A stretch of DNA of 63,596 nucleotides, counting the filler, from Intoshia linei (Eukaryota > Animalia > Orthonectida), in NCBI GenBank assembly GCA_001642005.1. It is 7 parts of 7 records of this genome, joined end to end, with 100 filler letters (N's around TTAATTAATTAA, not from the genome) between each part and the next. Parts side by side here need not be neighbours in the genome. Positions count along the whole stretch, not along the records: positions 1 to 22,385 come from LWCA01000598.1; positions 22,486 to 29,497 come from LWCA01001610.1; 5 more parts are not named here. One strand, 5' to 3'. The notes beneath the pieces are model-generated. The model was not told the origin of the DNA. It ran no database searches and saw only the letters and a program-made list of their open reading frames with translations. The translations under genes and the position numbers were made by a program. Positions 12,155 through 25,178 of the stretch are shown in pieces (position 1 is the stretch's first letter; each line of letters opens with the position of its first letter).

Positions 12155-15100
12155 TTACATTCTAAATGTTCCGTATTTTGTGTCAGATGGAATATGATTC
12201 GCACATGCTACATGAAATGCATAGGAAATAACAGAGCGTGTTGAAGCTGGGTCAATTATTCCGTCATCCCAGAGGCTAAAATATTTTTATATTACAATAC
12301 GTATCCAATGGATATGCTTTGTTTGGCTGTGTGTGTGATCATTTATTTCAATAACTATCAGTCTTAGAATTTTATAAAGTCCACATTTATATTAAAGTTT
12401 TTTCCGGGGTAAAAGAAAGATAAATTTCAACTTCCCACATTCACATCTTACGGGTCAAAAAGCCCAATTATCCTTTTTTTGAAAATCAAACGAGTTCAAG
12501 AATTTAAAAAAATACACTCTGATACCAATTTTAAAATCATAAATTTAAATTTAAAAAAAAATATATCTTCAGGGCCAAAATCACAAATTACAATTTTTTT
12601 TAAATTGAAAACAGCCCTAGAATTAAAAAAAATACAGGTGTTACAGTTATATCCTGTTAACACACACAAAAAATTTCAATTTAAATAATTTACGCCTTCA
12701 CGGTCAAAAAAGCATTTTAGTATTCATATATTTTATTAACAAACAATCAGTGGCGTAGCGTTATAGTTTCTAGGAAACGAATAACCCATTTAATATATCG
12801 CTATACTATACTAATGAATTTTAATTGTTGTTAATACTTAAAACAATAGACCGGAAATTGGGGTCCATTGTACAAAAAATGTAAAATTTAATTTTAGTTA
12901 TAATAATATATTATAATAAATAAAATTTAGTTTTTACTGAGCACTGGAAAAGTAGCAACTTCCTTCTTTTTTGTATTTTTCAATTATTGTCTGTCTGTAA
13001 TTTTGCAAATCTTTACTGTCATACTAAATTATAAATTCTAGTCATGTTTTTCGATTGTATTGTTATTTTTTTAAAGGTTTACCAACAAATTACCTCTTTT
13101 TTTTCTCGGTTAAATTGGGCTTTTTTAATTTCAGTCAAAACATTTGCAGCTTGTTCTCCACCCATAACGGAAATTAGAGAATTTGGCCAAATGAAAAGAA
13201 AACGTGGACTAAATGATAATAATTTAAATATACATATACTAATAAATTTGGATTAATTTACCTGTAAGCCCTACCGCACATTCCATAATTACCGGCACCA
13301 AATGAACCACCGATAATCACAGTAATTTTAGGTACATTCGCACAAGAAACAGCAGTAACCAACTTTGCTCCATTTTTCGCAATACCACCTTGCTCAGCAT
13401 CTTTTCCAACCATAAAACCTAAATTGTATTAAAACTTCAAAATTAAACCGTGTAAATTTATTTACCCGTAATATTTTGTAAAAACAACAAAGGAATATTT
13501 TCTTTGCAACATAGCTGTATAAAATGTGCTCCCTATATTAAACATTTAAATATAGATGTCGAGTTAACAAATGACCATTTTATATTTAAATTGAAAAAAA
13601 TATTACAATTTTCAGTAACTGAAAAAGTTATTTTGATATGAGAATTAAAGGGTTCAGTTGCTCAAAAACGCTATAGCAAGTATGCTTTGCAGGAATGCAG
13701 AACATGTAATGTATTAGTGTGGCCAGAAAAAAGACGTACTATCAATTTTAGTTTATTTGATGATAAATGTAAAGCCAAAACTACTTATCTATGATGACAA
13801 ATAAAAATTTTTGGCTTAAAATTAATTCCAAATAAACTAAAAGTGATAGTACGTCTTTTTTCTGGCCACACTAAATGTATCCTTGATTTATATACAATTA
13901 AATGTCTGTGTTACCGTATATTTTGAAAATTAATCATAGAATTTAAAAAACCTTATTTTCTAATACATTTTTGCGCAGTAGAAGTTGATATCTATTTTTC
14001 AGTTTCCGAATTTGAGTCCTTCAGCGTCAACCCCCTAATTTGCCCTTTTGTTTAAAAATAAAATCAGCCCGAAAATTTAATCTAACATAAATCCTGGGAC
14101 GCGTTTTAAAGTCATTAACATAAGAAAAGAACACCTACATTTCCAAAATCCGAAATTACTCTTTGTTATAAAAATGAAACATGTCCTAAAATTATATAAA
14201 ACATAAATTCTAAGATAGTTTTTAAAATCATAGCATTATCATAAATGGCAACATCAAAAACTGTATTTTCAAGATCAAAATCCCAGATTACCATTTTTTT
14301 TTATAATGAAAATAGTCCTAGAATTTTAAAAAAAATTACAGTTCATACAGCTATATCGAGTTAACCCACACAGAAAATTTCAATAAGATAAAGTGATGAT
14401 TTCGGTGAACAAAGCACTTTAGTGTTCATTTTTTTTATTACGAAACTATTTTATTAACAACATGTAAAACAAAAAATTTGATATAATTAACGGTCCTAAA
14501 ATTTAAAAAAAAAATTATTTTGATACAGCTTATTCCAGTTGATATAAATACAAAATTTCAACCCCAGAAATCTACGCATTCCCGGTGAAAAATAATTTTT
14601 AATATATTATCAACCAATATTTTTCAAATGTTGGGATTAAAATTAAAAAGAACATGCATTTTCATCTGACAATTTCAAAACAGTGTGCATTGAACGTCTA
14701 CACATTTCCAATAAAGAGATATGGGTGGAAATATCATAAATTGATTCCTTCGGTTTTTTTATTGATATGCAATTTTTCATTTTATATTAAAAGGTAATGT
14801 GAAGTTTAGGAACGACCTAGCATTTTTAAGTAAGATTTTATTATTGAATTTATTCTTTGGTTGAATTAAAAAAGTTCACCCTCGGTAAAGTTAGAATGCT
14901 GTTTGTACCAAGTACATAAAAGTCAAACTAGTATTATTATAATTAATTATAAAGGTACCTTTAATGCACTTTCAGAATACAAAATTCCATTATTAGCTAA
15001 AATACCGATAGTGCGTCCGTTTATCTTAGCATAGCCTAAATTTTATAGTAATAGAAATTACATGTATATAATTTACCTGTAACTAAAGTATCCCCATAAA

Positions 15101-18100
15101 GTTGTTTAAATTCATCAAATTCACTTCCATCGACAATACGAGAAATTATCTAATTTGAAATTTGTATGATGTAAAATGTACATTATACATCCTAACTTAT
15201 ATAATATGCTACCCGATTTTTGTTTGTGTGTGTGTGTATGTTCAGCTTTATTTAAATAACTAACCGTCTTAGAATTTTATAAAGACCACATTTCAATTAA
15301 AATTTTTTTTACGAAGTGTTCGCAAACTTAATTTCAACCTTCCAAACTCACATCTTACAGGTCAAAAACCCCAATTGTCCTTTTTTTGAAAATCAAACAA
15401 GTTGGAGAATTTAAAAAAATATATACGCTTATACGGATTTTAAAATCATAAACATAATTATAAATTTAAATTTAAAAAAATTATATCTTCAGAGCCAAAA
15501 CCACAAATTACCCTTCTTTTTTTAATTAAAACAACCCTAAAATTTAAAAAATTTTACAGGTGATACTACTAATTACTGTATATTGTACAGTAATATGTGT
15601 TAAATTGTGTATGTCTTACACAATGTGTAATATTAATTACACATAATTTAAAATACATTTAAAAAATACATTTTTTCAAGTATAACAATTTTTCAGATTA
15701 AGTAAAGTGGCCAGAAAATATGTACTATCACTTTTATTTTATTTGGAATAAAGTTAATTAAACAAAAATTTTTATTCGTCATCATAGCTAAGTAGTTTTG
15801 GCTTTACATTTAATACCAAATAAACTAAAATTCATTGTACGTATTTTTTCTGGCCACTTTAGTTTAAGTTAAACTTTAACTGAAACTTGGAACGAATAAA
15901 GAATATTAATAATATTTAAAGTTACTACTAACAAAAATATAAACTAAACAAAAACTAACTTACCTCCCGAACATCAAATGAATTGTACAAACAATTTCCA
16001 ACCAATCCATATGTATCAAGGACATCATATAAGGGATCTTTAACATTTTGAACAGGGTCCACCTAATAAATATAATTAAAAATTGATTATCATGCTTTAC
16101 ATCAGTTATTCTCAACATTTTTTCCGTTGAGTGCGCTTGGAAGAAATTAAAAAAATTTATATGTGTTTAGTGCTCACTGAAAATCTCTATCATAGTATAA
16201 TATTTTGCTAAATGAAAAGATCACCAATGAAAAGGTCTCCAAAAATAATAATTTGACTTCTAATAAAGATAATTATTTAAAAAAACATTAATACACAAAA
16301 TCGTTACTAAACTATACATTTCAAAAAAAATGAGCTATCAATCAGTGATAAACAAGATACTTTCGACCACTGCGCTGACAACCGGTTCAGTTTGATAATA
16401 CAGAATATAAAAAATGTATATTACAGTTTGTCGAGAAAGACATTTGTTTTTCATAATTCGCCGAGCTAGGTACAGCGCGTGTTCATCATTATTCGCTAAA
16501 TAATCTACGACACCTGACACTCTAAGTTACTTATAAAATATGACATAATATTATGTAAAAAATAAAAAAATGATTCATATTAATATTATAATTAATATTA
16601 TTTTCAATTAATATTAAAATGATTAACAAAAACATACCTACTATGCATTTCACCGCCACCTAAATCTTCCATTGATACAGTTTCACCAATAGCAGCTTTA
16701 ACCTAATGATATACCGTGTAAAACCAAATCACACAATAATTGATAATATTACTAAAGGTGGTCCAGCAAGAAAAATACTTCCTTGGTTTTTAACTATAAC
16801 GCATTCATCCGACATGGCCGGTATATACGCTCCACCAGCAGTACATGAACCTAAAACGACAGCCACCTAAAAATATAATAATTATTTTTATTTAGACAAG
16901 ATTAATTGTAAAAATATTTCAGAATACTATTTTGTTCATTCATTAAAATACCCTCAGTAAGACGAAAATAAATGAATAAATTAAATATTTATAATAAATT
17001 TTAAAATAAATGGTTTTATAAAAATTGTTAATTATAATTAGAAATAATCATTATTAAACAAAAGATAATCAAATTCTTGGTGACAATTTTTGTTGTCCAA
17101 TTTTACTCATGAATCTCAAAACATCAAGATGTGTATGAAATTTATTTAAAAATATATTTTACTTGGGGAATGTTCTCAGCTGAAAATCTTGCTTGATTAT
17201 AAAAAAATCGACCAAAATGTTCTTGGTCTGGAAAAATTTCATGTTGATAAGGTAAATTCGCTCCGCCACTTTCAACTAAAATTTTTATTAGCATTTAAAA
17301 TATGTAAATGTGTAATTTATAATTTATCCTTACATATATAATATGCTGTTTGGCTGTGTGTGATCATTTATTTTAATAACTACCAGTTTAGAATTTTATA
17401 AAGTCCACATTTAAATTACAGTTTTTTCCGGGTATTAGTAAAAAAAATTTCAACCTCCTAAACTCACATCTTACGGGTCAAAAAGCCCAATTGTCCTTTT
17501 TTGTGAAAATCAAACGAGTTCGAAAATATAAAAAAATTACAGGTGGTACAGTTGTATCCTGTTAACACATACAAAACACAAAACAGTCAACCTGGTATAA
17601 TACAATATGACTCATATTGTATAACTAGATGGTTTTAATGAGAACAAGCAGGTTGAAAAGAATTTGAAAATTTCGAAAAACTTTCAAATTTTATCAAATT
17701 AATAAATAAAAAAAAATTTAGTGACCAACAAAATTTTTAAGTCTCAGTCAATAAAAACCTTTATCAAAGACTAGCGTGATAACAAAATATAATCAAACCA
17801 TAAAGATAAAAATTAGTCTGTTTAATAATGAAATTTTATAAAATATAAGTTAATAATTACCTAAATATATTGTAGGTAATCGATTCTCCCAAGCAATTGT
17901 TTGTGCACGTAAACCTTTCTTGACAGTTATAGGGTAATATGTTCCTGCCTTGACAGTTGGATCATTACATGATATCATGACATCTATACTATTAAAAATT
18001 ATGCATTTAAAATAAATAAAAAATACAATTAATTAGATCAAATTCAATAATAACATATTTAAAATTTGAACCGTTTTGAAATTTTAAAGGGCGTAAACAT

Positions 18101-20333
18101 TATAATTTTAAATTTAATTCAATTAATATAAAGTTGTTTAATTTTATTCTTTTAGATATAAATACCTTGAAACTTTTTTTTTAATTGAATTGATTTTCTT
18201 ATTACTTCGTTCATTACGACACTGAAAACAGTCAAATAATTTTAACAAACATAAAATCACGGAGAGGTTTAAAATCACTAACATAATCGAAAATTTTACC
18301 ACAAATTACTCTTTTTTGAAAATAAAAAATCTCCTAGAATTTTAAAATCACTAACATAATCGAAAATCTTAAAACAAATTACTATTTTTTGAAAATAAAA
18401 AATCTCCTAAAATTTTAAAAATGAAAAGAATCCTTTAATTTTAAACCGGAAGTATTAAAATTCAATATATTAAGTTTAGTCATCAAAATGTTAATAATTG
18501 TAAATGAATTTGACAAAAATCTTCCAAAATTACAAGGACTGTTGTTACAAAAAATAAAAAGAAAAAATCTAAAAAAATTAAAAATGGACTCTTTGTGGTT
18601 GACTCAGTTACCCAAAATGAGAGGTTATGAATATTCAAGAGAAATACGAGAAATTACATTACCTTTTTATTATTATTATTACACAAATATTTTTATGCAA
18701 GATATTATTTTAAAGGATCAAGATATGAAAGCAAAATATAAAGTACACTGTAGACATTTACGTTCATTATCAAGATTACTGTAATAAATACAGAGAAAGA
18801 TAAAGAGAAATAAAAATAAAAAAATCAAAACTAAAATTTGTTAAAAATTTATATTGATAAATATACCCATTAACTTTTCCAATACCAGTAATTATACCAC
18901 CAGCTGGTACATGATCCTTGTCGTACATTTCATATCCGGCCATTTGTGATAATTCCAAGAAAGGAGAGCTATAATTGAAATTATGATTTGTTCATGATTT
19001 GCATATATTACATTATTGTATTATTAGTTAAATAATTATGAAATATAACACTGGTTTTTAAACTTAAAACTCCATGGACCCCTAAAAAAATTTATAAATT
19101 AAATAAATTCTGAGATAGTTTTTAAAATAATTAGCATTATCATAAATCTCCAACCTTAAAACTTGTATTTACAAAATAAAAACATGAAATTATATATAAA
19201 AATATTATAAAACTTATAATAACAAGAAATATGACCATTTAATGGTTTTTATTTACAAAAACTAGATTCCGTTAACAAGTATGTTACTATGGGGGAAAAT
19301 TCACACAACAGCAATTCAAATTTTCAATTCCGTTAATAAGGACTTAGACTGAATAAAATAATATACCCTTCATCCAGTAGTGCATCTATTCTTTGTCGCG
19401 GTAGCAATTTACCCTTTTTAATATGACGTTCTACAGCTTTTTGAGAACCACCTGTAATTAATACCATTTATGTGTAATAATATGGATTATTTTGTTGTTT
19501 ATATCTATTTATATGAAAAAATTTATCAACTATGCCATTACGAGAATAGGTCATATAATATTTTGATTTTTTGAAATATAGTACATTGTACTCTGTTAAA
19601 AAAATTCAAATTCAAATTCAAACGCATCGAAAAATATTAAATAAACATATTTACTCGGATAGATGATTATTAATGTTATATTATTAGCAAAAAATATATA
19701 ATATCGGTTGACAAAATTTGTAAAATTTACCTTTCAAAACAATATTAACTTTTTTGTTAAGTTCATTGACAATTTTGTCCATTTCATCATACCTTTTCTA
19801 TAAATATTACAATGTAATATTTTAAAAAAATTATTTGCAATAAGTACTAATGTTTTATCACATTTTTTACTGATAAATCTGAAACATGCGAAAATCTCTA
19901 CGTGAACCATTTAAAGATTATAAGTGTAATGGGTCACGGATAAAAATCATTCCCATCGCAGGGTTATAGCCATTACTATATATAAGGATGGGAATCAATT
20001 TTTTGGCGAGTATTTGAAATAATTGCATGACAAGGATAGAGCTACAGCAGAAAAATATGCATCATACAAATAAAATTTCAATATCATTCTAAACGTTTTT
20101 TGTAACACGCAGGCTTAAATGTATAACAAAATATATTAAAAATTAAATTAAATATTTCAAGTGAAAATAACCTTGAATTCACTGGATTTTTTATCTACAT
20201 TTGATTTTAATATATGACTATGAGCCGAAAAATATTTTGAATAGTTCAACTAAATGGAAGCGTGGTTAATCAATCAATTTTAATTTCATACAGTTTTATG
20301 AAGTCTAAATAAGTTAAAAATTCGACAAATCAT
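12155..20333 (-). CDS. MCCC2: Methylcrotonoyl-CoA carboxylase beta chain, mitochondrial. 18 exons: 20333-20292, 20249-20172, 19797-19731, 19451-19367, 18968-18867, 17988-17861, 17275-17163, 16866-16753, 16702-16638, 16521-16425, 16062-15964, 15149-15077, 15035-14959, 13532-13466, 13418-13262, 13208-13094, 13023-12938, 12275-12155
   Basis: The spliced translation contains [99 protein letters not shown] and LWDDGIIDP...YGTFRM*. All introns are GT-AG with consistent phases. Exons 1-2 (transit-peptide-like) are less certain. Confidence 0.93.
12304..12740 (+). mobile_element. Helitron-like element (5' part) in the last MCCC2 intron
   Basis: Starts A|TCC...TTTGTTTGGCTGTGTGTGTG and is colinear with the other copies. 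Confidence 0.65.
13714..13874. mobile_element. Tc1/mariner-like MITE (~160 bp, long TIRs)
   Basis: ~46-bp near-perfect inverted repeat TTAGTGTGGCCAGAAAAAAGACGTACTATCA.TTTTAGTTTATTTG. Related copies at 15703-15861 and 36079-36229. Confidence 0.8.
14270..14931 (+). mobile_element. Helitron-like element (3' part with terminal hairpin and CTAG)
   Basis: Family internal sequence ending ...CTGTTTGTACCAAGTACATAAAAGTCAAACTAG|T, like the 3' ends at 30292 and 17595. Confidence 0.65.
15190..15565 (+). mobile_element. Helitron-like element (5' part) in an MCCC2 intron
   Basis: A|TCCTAACTTATATAATATGCTAC...TTTGTTTGTGTGTGTGTG: 5' TC terminus followed by a microsatellite. Confidence 0.7.
15703..15861. mobile_element. 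Tc1/mariner-like MITE
   Basis: TA-AAGTGGCCAGAAAA...TTTTCTGGCCACTT-TA. Same family as 13714-13874. Confidence 0.75.
17327..17595 (+). mobile_element. Short internally deleted Helitron-like copy with both termini
   Basis: 5' A|TCCTTACATATATAATATGC and 3' AAACAGTCAACCTGG|T: a CTRR end and an A/T target site. Confidence 0.65.
18488..18784 (+). mobile_element. Degenerate C-terminus of a Buster/ZBED5-type hAT transposase in an MCCC2 intron
   Basis: LW...[13 protein letters not shown]...T.IF...[17 protein letters not shown] resembles the FW..YP...LLPF.TTYLCE..K.KYR...LR..LS pattern. Confidence 0.4.
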
Positions 20334-20931
20334 TATAAAATATAGAATGAAACAAAATAAATATATAAAGTATGGTAAAAATTCTGAACTTGAGTGAAAT
20401 ATATATATTACTATAGATAAGATTTTTAGATTTACTTAAATTTACAATTTTTTGATGAGACAAATATGAGTAAATTCAAAAATATTATATATATGATGTT
20501 GGATTCAGTTGCATGTTAATAAATGACAATGATATTTAAGATATCTGCACCCAATTTAGTTGCGATTATCTTTAAAATTAGTACAATTAGTAACAATTAA
20601 AACATTAGTATTGGAAAAGTGAAGTAATTAATACAATAATGTAATTCTTTAGTGAATAACAATAAAACAAGAAAAATTTGCAAAAATTAGTGAAGAATGT
20701 TCATTGAACATTGACATTAAGATACCAGAATAAGACCATGTATATATGATAAGAATCTTATTAAGTTTTATCATGATTCATGACATCAATAAATTTAACA
20801 TAACTTCGCTATGAAACATAAATATATTTATTTTTATTTATCTGGAAACGATAAATTGAACTGGTCGATATTATATTTATTTTCTTAACAATTTTAAATT
20901 TAATTTATTGTCCAAAAATAAAAGAAATAAA
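20334..20931. promoter_or_regulatory. Probable bidirectional promoter between MCCC2 and SNRNP200 exon 1
   Basis: Divergent ATGs at 20333 (-) and 20932 (+) are ~600 bp apart, with no gap or recognisable repeat between them. Confidence 0.5.
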
Positions 20932-21222
20932 ATGGCTGACGATGCAGCAAGAAATGTATATACCAACTATTAATAAATGTTTATTATTTTTTTAGGTTCA
21001 ATATGAATATAAAGCTGTATAATATAATGAAATCTAATTAATTTTTTTAATGTAGAACTCAAATTTGGTATTACAAGTAGACCGAGCATTAGTAGATAGA
21101 AGATCTAGAGATGAACCTACTGGTGAAGTTTTACCTTTAACGTCAGCTCAGTTACGGCACATTAAAATGGGTGATAAAGTTGAAAGAACGAAACCGCCAA
21201 AAATGAATGAATATAAAAATAA
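20932..21222 (+). CDS. SNRNP200: U5 snRNP 200-kDa helicase (Brr2), exons 1-3: 20932-20955, 20996-21016, 21056-21222
   Basis: MADDAARN|VQYEYKA|[28 protein letters not shown]...[11 protein letters not shown] matches the conserved Brr2 N-terminus. Introns are 40 and 39 bp, GT-AG. The last exon ends in phase 2 at a GT donor. Confidence 0.92.
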
Positions 21223-21871
21223 GTAAATTATCAAATCGCTGAAACAAATTTTAAATTATTATATTAGTGAAAATGTTTGTTACTTTTCAACAGTGTTTTC
21301 AACCTGCGGTCGCTAGAATTGAAAATTTTATGAATATATTTTTATATATAAAAAATTTATAGGTCGCGTTTTATGTTCATACGGGTCGCCAACACAAATA
21401 GGTTGAAATCACTTAATTAGTTAAAACTTAATTTAATATTAAATGTGTAGTCAATTTCAAAAGTGTAGAGGTGATTTTTAATTTTTTTTTTCATAAATTA
21501 GTTTAGAACATATATTGTTTTACTACAAAATATTAAAAAATAATTTAACGATTGGGAAATAATAGTTGAGATGATTTGAAATACAAAGTTAAATAGTTAT
21601 ATTCACGCTAATTTTGTCACATAGTCTACATTAGTGGTTCCCAATAAAATATATTGTCGACCCCCCTAACGGTATACAAATATTTTTAGAGAAGATCAAC
21701 TAGTAAAAAATAGTGAATATAGTTATTATATTATTATAACAGCCATGAAAAAATACTATCTTTTAATATTACTGGTTTTATTTTCGTTATAAATAATTCT
21801 TTAATATAGTTGACACCCTAGTATACAAATAATTGTAGATTTGATATAGTGTGATTGTTATTTTTTGTATA

Positions 21872-22385
21872 CACTGCTAGAAAAAAGTCTGGGACATTTA
21901 CAGAAAGTATTCTAAAACCTTAAAATAATCGAAATTTGCCAATTCGAAATAAGATTATAATCACAACTAATGTATTGCTTGATTTAATAACATAAAAATT
22001 TTTTTAATCAAAACCTATGCTTAATTAATCAAATGAAATGATTATATGTTTTAATAATGGGTACAACATCCGTTTTTTAAAAAATAACTTCAAAAATTCG
22101 ATTTTACATCGAATTAATGAGGTTATTAATTACATTTTGTTTAATATTGCTTCATGCTGCTATAATGGATAATTTGAGATCTTTTAATGATGAATATGGT
22201 TTATTGTGTGAGTATATATCTTTTGACAGAATTCCCCATAAATTTTTGATTGGATTGATGTCAGGGCTACAAGCAGGCTATTTTAATAAATGTATTCCTT
22301 GGTTTGATAACCACTTTTTTGTATATTTAGTTACGTGTACTGATGCATTGTCTTGTTGGAACACATCAAAATAATCCCTGCAATT
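21872..22385 (-). mobile_element. 3' half of a Tc3-like (Tc1/mariner) transposon, cut by the gap
   Basis: FQQDNASVHVTKYTKKWLSNQGIHLLK*PACSPDINPIKNLWGILSKDIY... Putative terminus TA|CACTGCTAGAAAAAAGTCTGGGACA at 21872. Confidence 0.85.
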
Positions 22386-22485
22386 NNNNNNNNNNNNNNN
22401 NNNNNNNNNNNNNNNNNNNNNNNNNNNNNTTAATTAATTAANNNNNNNNNNNNNNNNNNNNNNNNNNNNNNNNNNNNNNNNNNNN
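22386..22485. other. Assembly gap spacer (N-run + TTAATTAATTAA + N-run). Identical spacers at 29498-29597, 38012-38111, 52794-52893, 56042-56141 and 60917-61016
   Basis: The same 100-nt construct with a six-frame stop linker occurs at every gap. Confidence 0.97.
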
Positions 22486-22572
22486 GCACTTACAGTAAAT
22501 ATTCGTAAAGATATAATGATTTATAATAAAGTTACAATACAAACGACATTACTTATGAAACGACCTAATATA

Positions 22573-24010
22573 TTAGGGTTATTCATTTTTAAGTTTTTTT
22601 TTGAATTATAAAAACTATTTATATACATTTCCATGTTGTATAAGTAGGAGCATACCACAAAACATTTTTCAAAATTATACAAGTTTCCCCTGCCCCGATA
22701 AGGGTAATATTTATTTTTTTACATAATCTGATTTTTTAGCTTTAGGGTGTTTTAGTCTATGCTCTTCGACAACCTGTATCAGGTTTTGTTTAGAATCTTC
22801 ATTTATGTGTCCAAAATTTTGATATTGGTCAATCAATGCCACTGCACGTTCTGAGATATCATTGACCACCTAGATTACATTTATATAAAATATATAATAA
22901 ACTAGAAATAAATAAAATAACCTTAAAAGATAATACAAACATATCAGCTCTTCTAAAAAATTCATGTGAAGACCATTCATTTACAGGGTATTGTAAAATA
23001 TCCAATATGTACAGAGTTATTACGGTGAATCGGGATTTATGTGTGACAAATGCTGACAAATGAGATTTTAAATTTAGGTTCGTTTCTGGCCTTGGTGTAA
23101 TCTTGACAATATTTATATTAGACGTAGAAAGTATTTTTAATGCTAACAAAGACTTATCTGATTCAGATAAATTTTTGCTAAACAAAGCTAATGGGACTAA
23201 AGATTCGCTTAAATACCATAAATGTCTCCTTAATGCTTTTTCTGTCCGAAACGCCATACCATTAGAAATAGTTCGAAACAATTGTAAATTCTTATATAGC
23301 TGCAAATCACTTAATGCAGCTTCAGCTGCGTATATGCAATTGAACCATTGTATAACATAAATTGTAGAAAAAAATATACACAGTTCTCTAATTCCTGTTA
23401 AAATTTCGTTATCCATTTGAAATTGTTTTCTAAACATCCACATTTTAATGCAATATATGGTAATACTCATCCATCTCGCGTGGTGAAAAGTACCTGGACG
23501 TTTGAACTGTTTCTTTATAATTTTATGGAACATTAAAGATAGCTCTAATAATTCCCTGTAGTCATCACGAATATCCACATTATGTGAAATAGATTGCAAA
23601 TAAATAACTGAGCTTTCCCTCAAAATAGTTCCATTCATTGTAGTTAACGTTCGAGACATATATTCACAGTCTGACCATATATCAAAGTCGGATTACTCTA
23701 TAAACGGCCAGGAGGACTGAAAACGTTTAAATAAAGAATTATTCGAACTCACGGTTGGTGGAAAACAAATTTTTACCACGTAATCTACCATAATTTTTAT
23801 TATGTGGTGTCTACATGTTAGGTGTGTTAGGGGTCTATCTAATTTATTCTCTATTAGACTACAACCACCATTATATTTGCCTGTATTACAACTTGTAGTT
23901 TCGAAACCCATTGCTATTATGTTCTTATCAACGTCCATTTTAGTCATATTAGTTATACAATGTAGTCTATTAAATTTTATTTCCAATTCTTTCATGATGT
24001 ACAAATTATA
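22573..24010 (-). mobile_element. Degenerate DDE transposase, probably hATm-like
   Basis: FETTSCNTGKYNGGC..IE..L.RPL..LTCRHHI (CxxH), RDDYRELLEL, PGTFHHARWMS, RHLWYLSESLVPLALF, NDISERAV. TTAGGGT terminus at ~22573. The superfamily assignment is from recalled motifs. Confidence 0.7.
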
Positions 24011-25178
24011 CTGAAACTACATAGAAAATAAGAATATTTTTTTATAAGCTTATACATGTGTTATACATTATTATGTAGTTGTGAATCAATACTATTGATA
24101 GTTAATATTTTCGATATTCATAACGCCTTTACATATAATTTTTACGCTCTTAATTTTAAAACAAGTGGCTACAACTCCTGTTTTAGTACCCTTACATTAT
24201 TTTTAAAATTATAATTTCCTGTTTGTGATTATGTAACTTTATCTTCATTTTATGAAATTTTAAATTCAAAATTGGGTTAATGATTCATAAATTAATGCAA
24301 TTGGCAATATGATAGTAATAATGTTACATATAATAGTAAATTAATATTATGTATTTATTTCTCGATTATTTGAAAATTTTATTATATTTAAATTTTAAAG
24401 TTAATTGATTAGAGAAAGAAATTATATCCTTTACTTATACTTGTACAAAATTATGTTTAAATTATGTATAAAAATTAATGTCTGTAATTATTTGTTGAAA
24501 AAATTGACAGTCTTAGGATTAAAAAACCCAATTTCTATAAATATATAAAAAATGTGGCGTTTAGGTGTGTCAATAAAAATCTGAATAATTATCAGTGATA
24601 AATTACCATAAATGTAGAAACATAAAAGAAAATAAAATGCAACTTGCAATGTAAAATTGTAAATTTTGTTATAATTATGCTGTAGTTTCTATTGATTTAA
24701 CTCATTATATATAAGTCATTATTAATAACAATGAACAAATAGTCATTTACGACAAATGATAAATGTAATAAATTTATTAGTAACGTTGATGTTACAATGA
24801 TACAAACAAAACATTATGACGAAAACCAACCTCATCGTCAGTAAAATATAATCAAATTAACAATGCGTTATTCACAGCAAAATGTGATACACAAATTGTT
24901 TAAAATTTAAGACTGACATAACCGGCAATTATCACATTTGCAGTAGAAATAAGTATTTATTTGACATAGTTACCAATTTAACCATAGAAAAAAATAAACA
25001 ATATTTGCGATTTACCATAGATATATCCATTTGGCAACACTGTTGTGACCACGTTGTTTACTTGAAACAGTTCAATTTGATTCTCATTCTTATTTACGCT
25101 CAAGTTTAATCACGCGATTTTCAAAAATTTATAGTTTGTATATAAAAAACTTTTAAATCAATATACAAATCACCATAA

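Noticed and set aside
12479-12688. Short ORFs at 7484-7681, 12479-12688 and 41743-41925
   Set aside because: They fall within non-coding Helitron-like repeat copies and are not conserved between copies.
18268-18420. Two-copy 73-bp tandem repeat, and the three-copy repeat at ~29880-30020, as possible CRISPR-like arrays
   Set aside because: There are no unique spacers. They are tandem duplications of internal sequence related to the repeat family, in a eukaryotic genome.
22386-22485. Recurring TTAATTAATTAA palindrome within N-runs (six times)
   Set aside because: It is an artificial scaffold spacer with stops in all six frames, not biology. ORF 60618-60968 only extends through such Ns.
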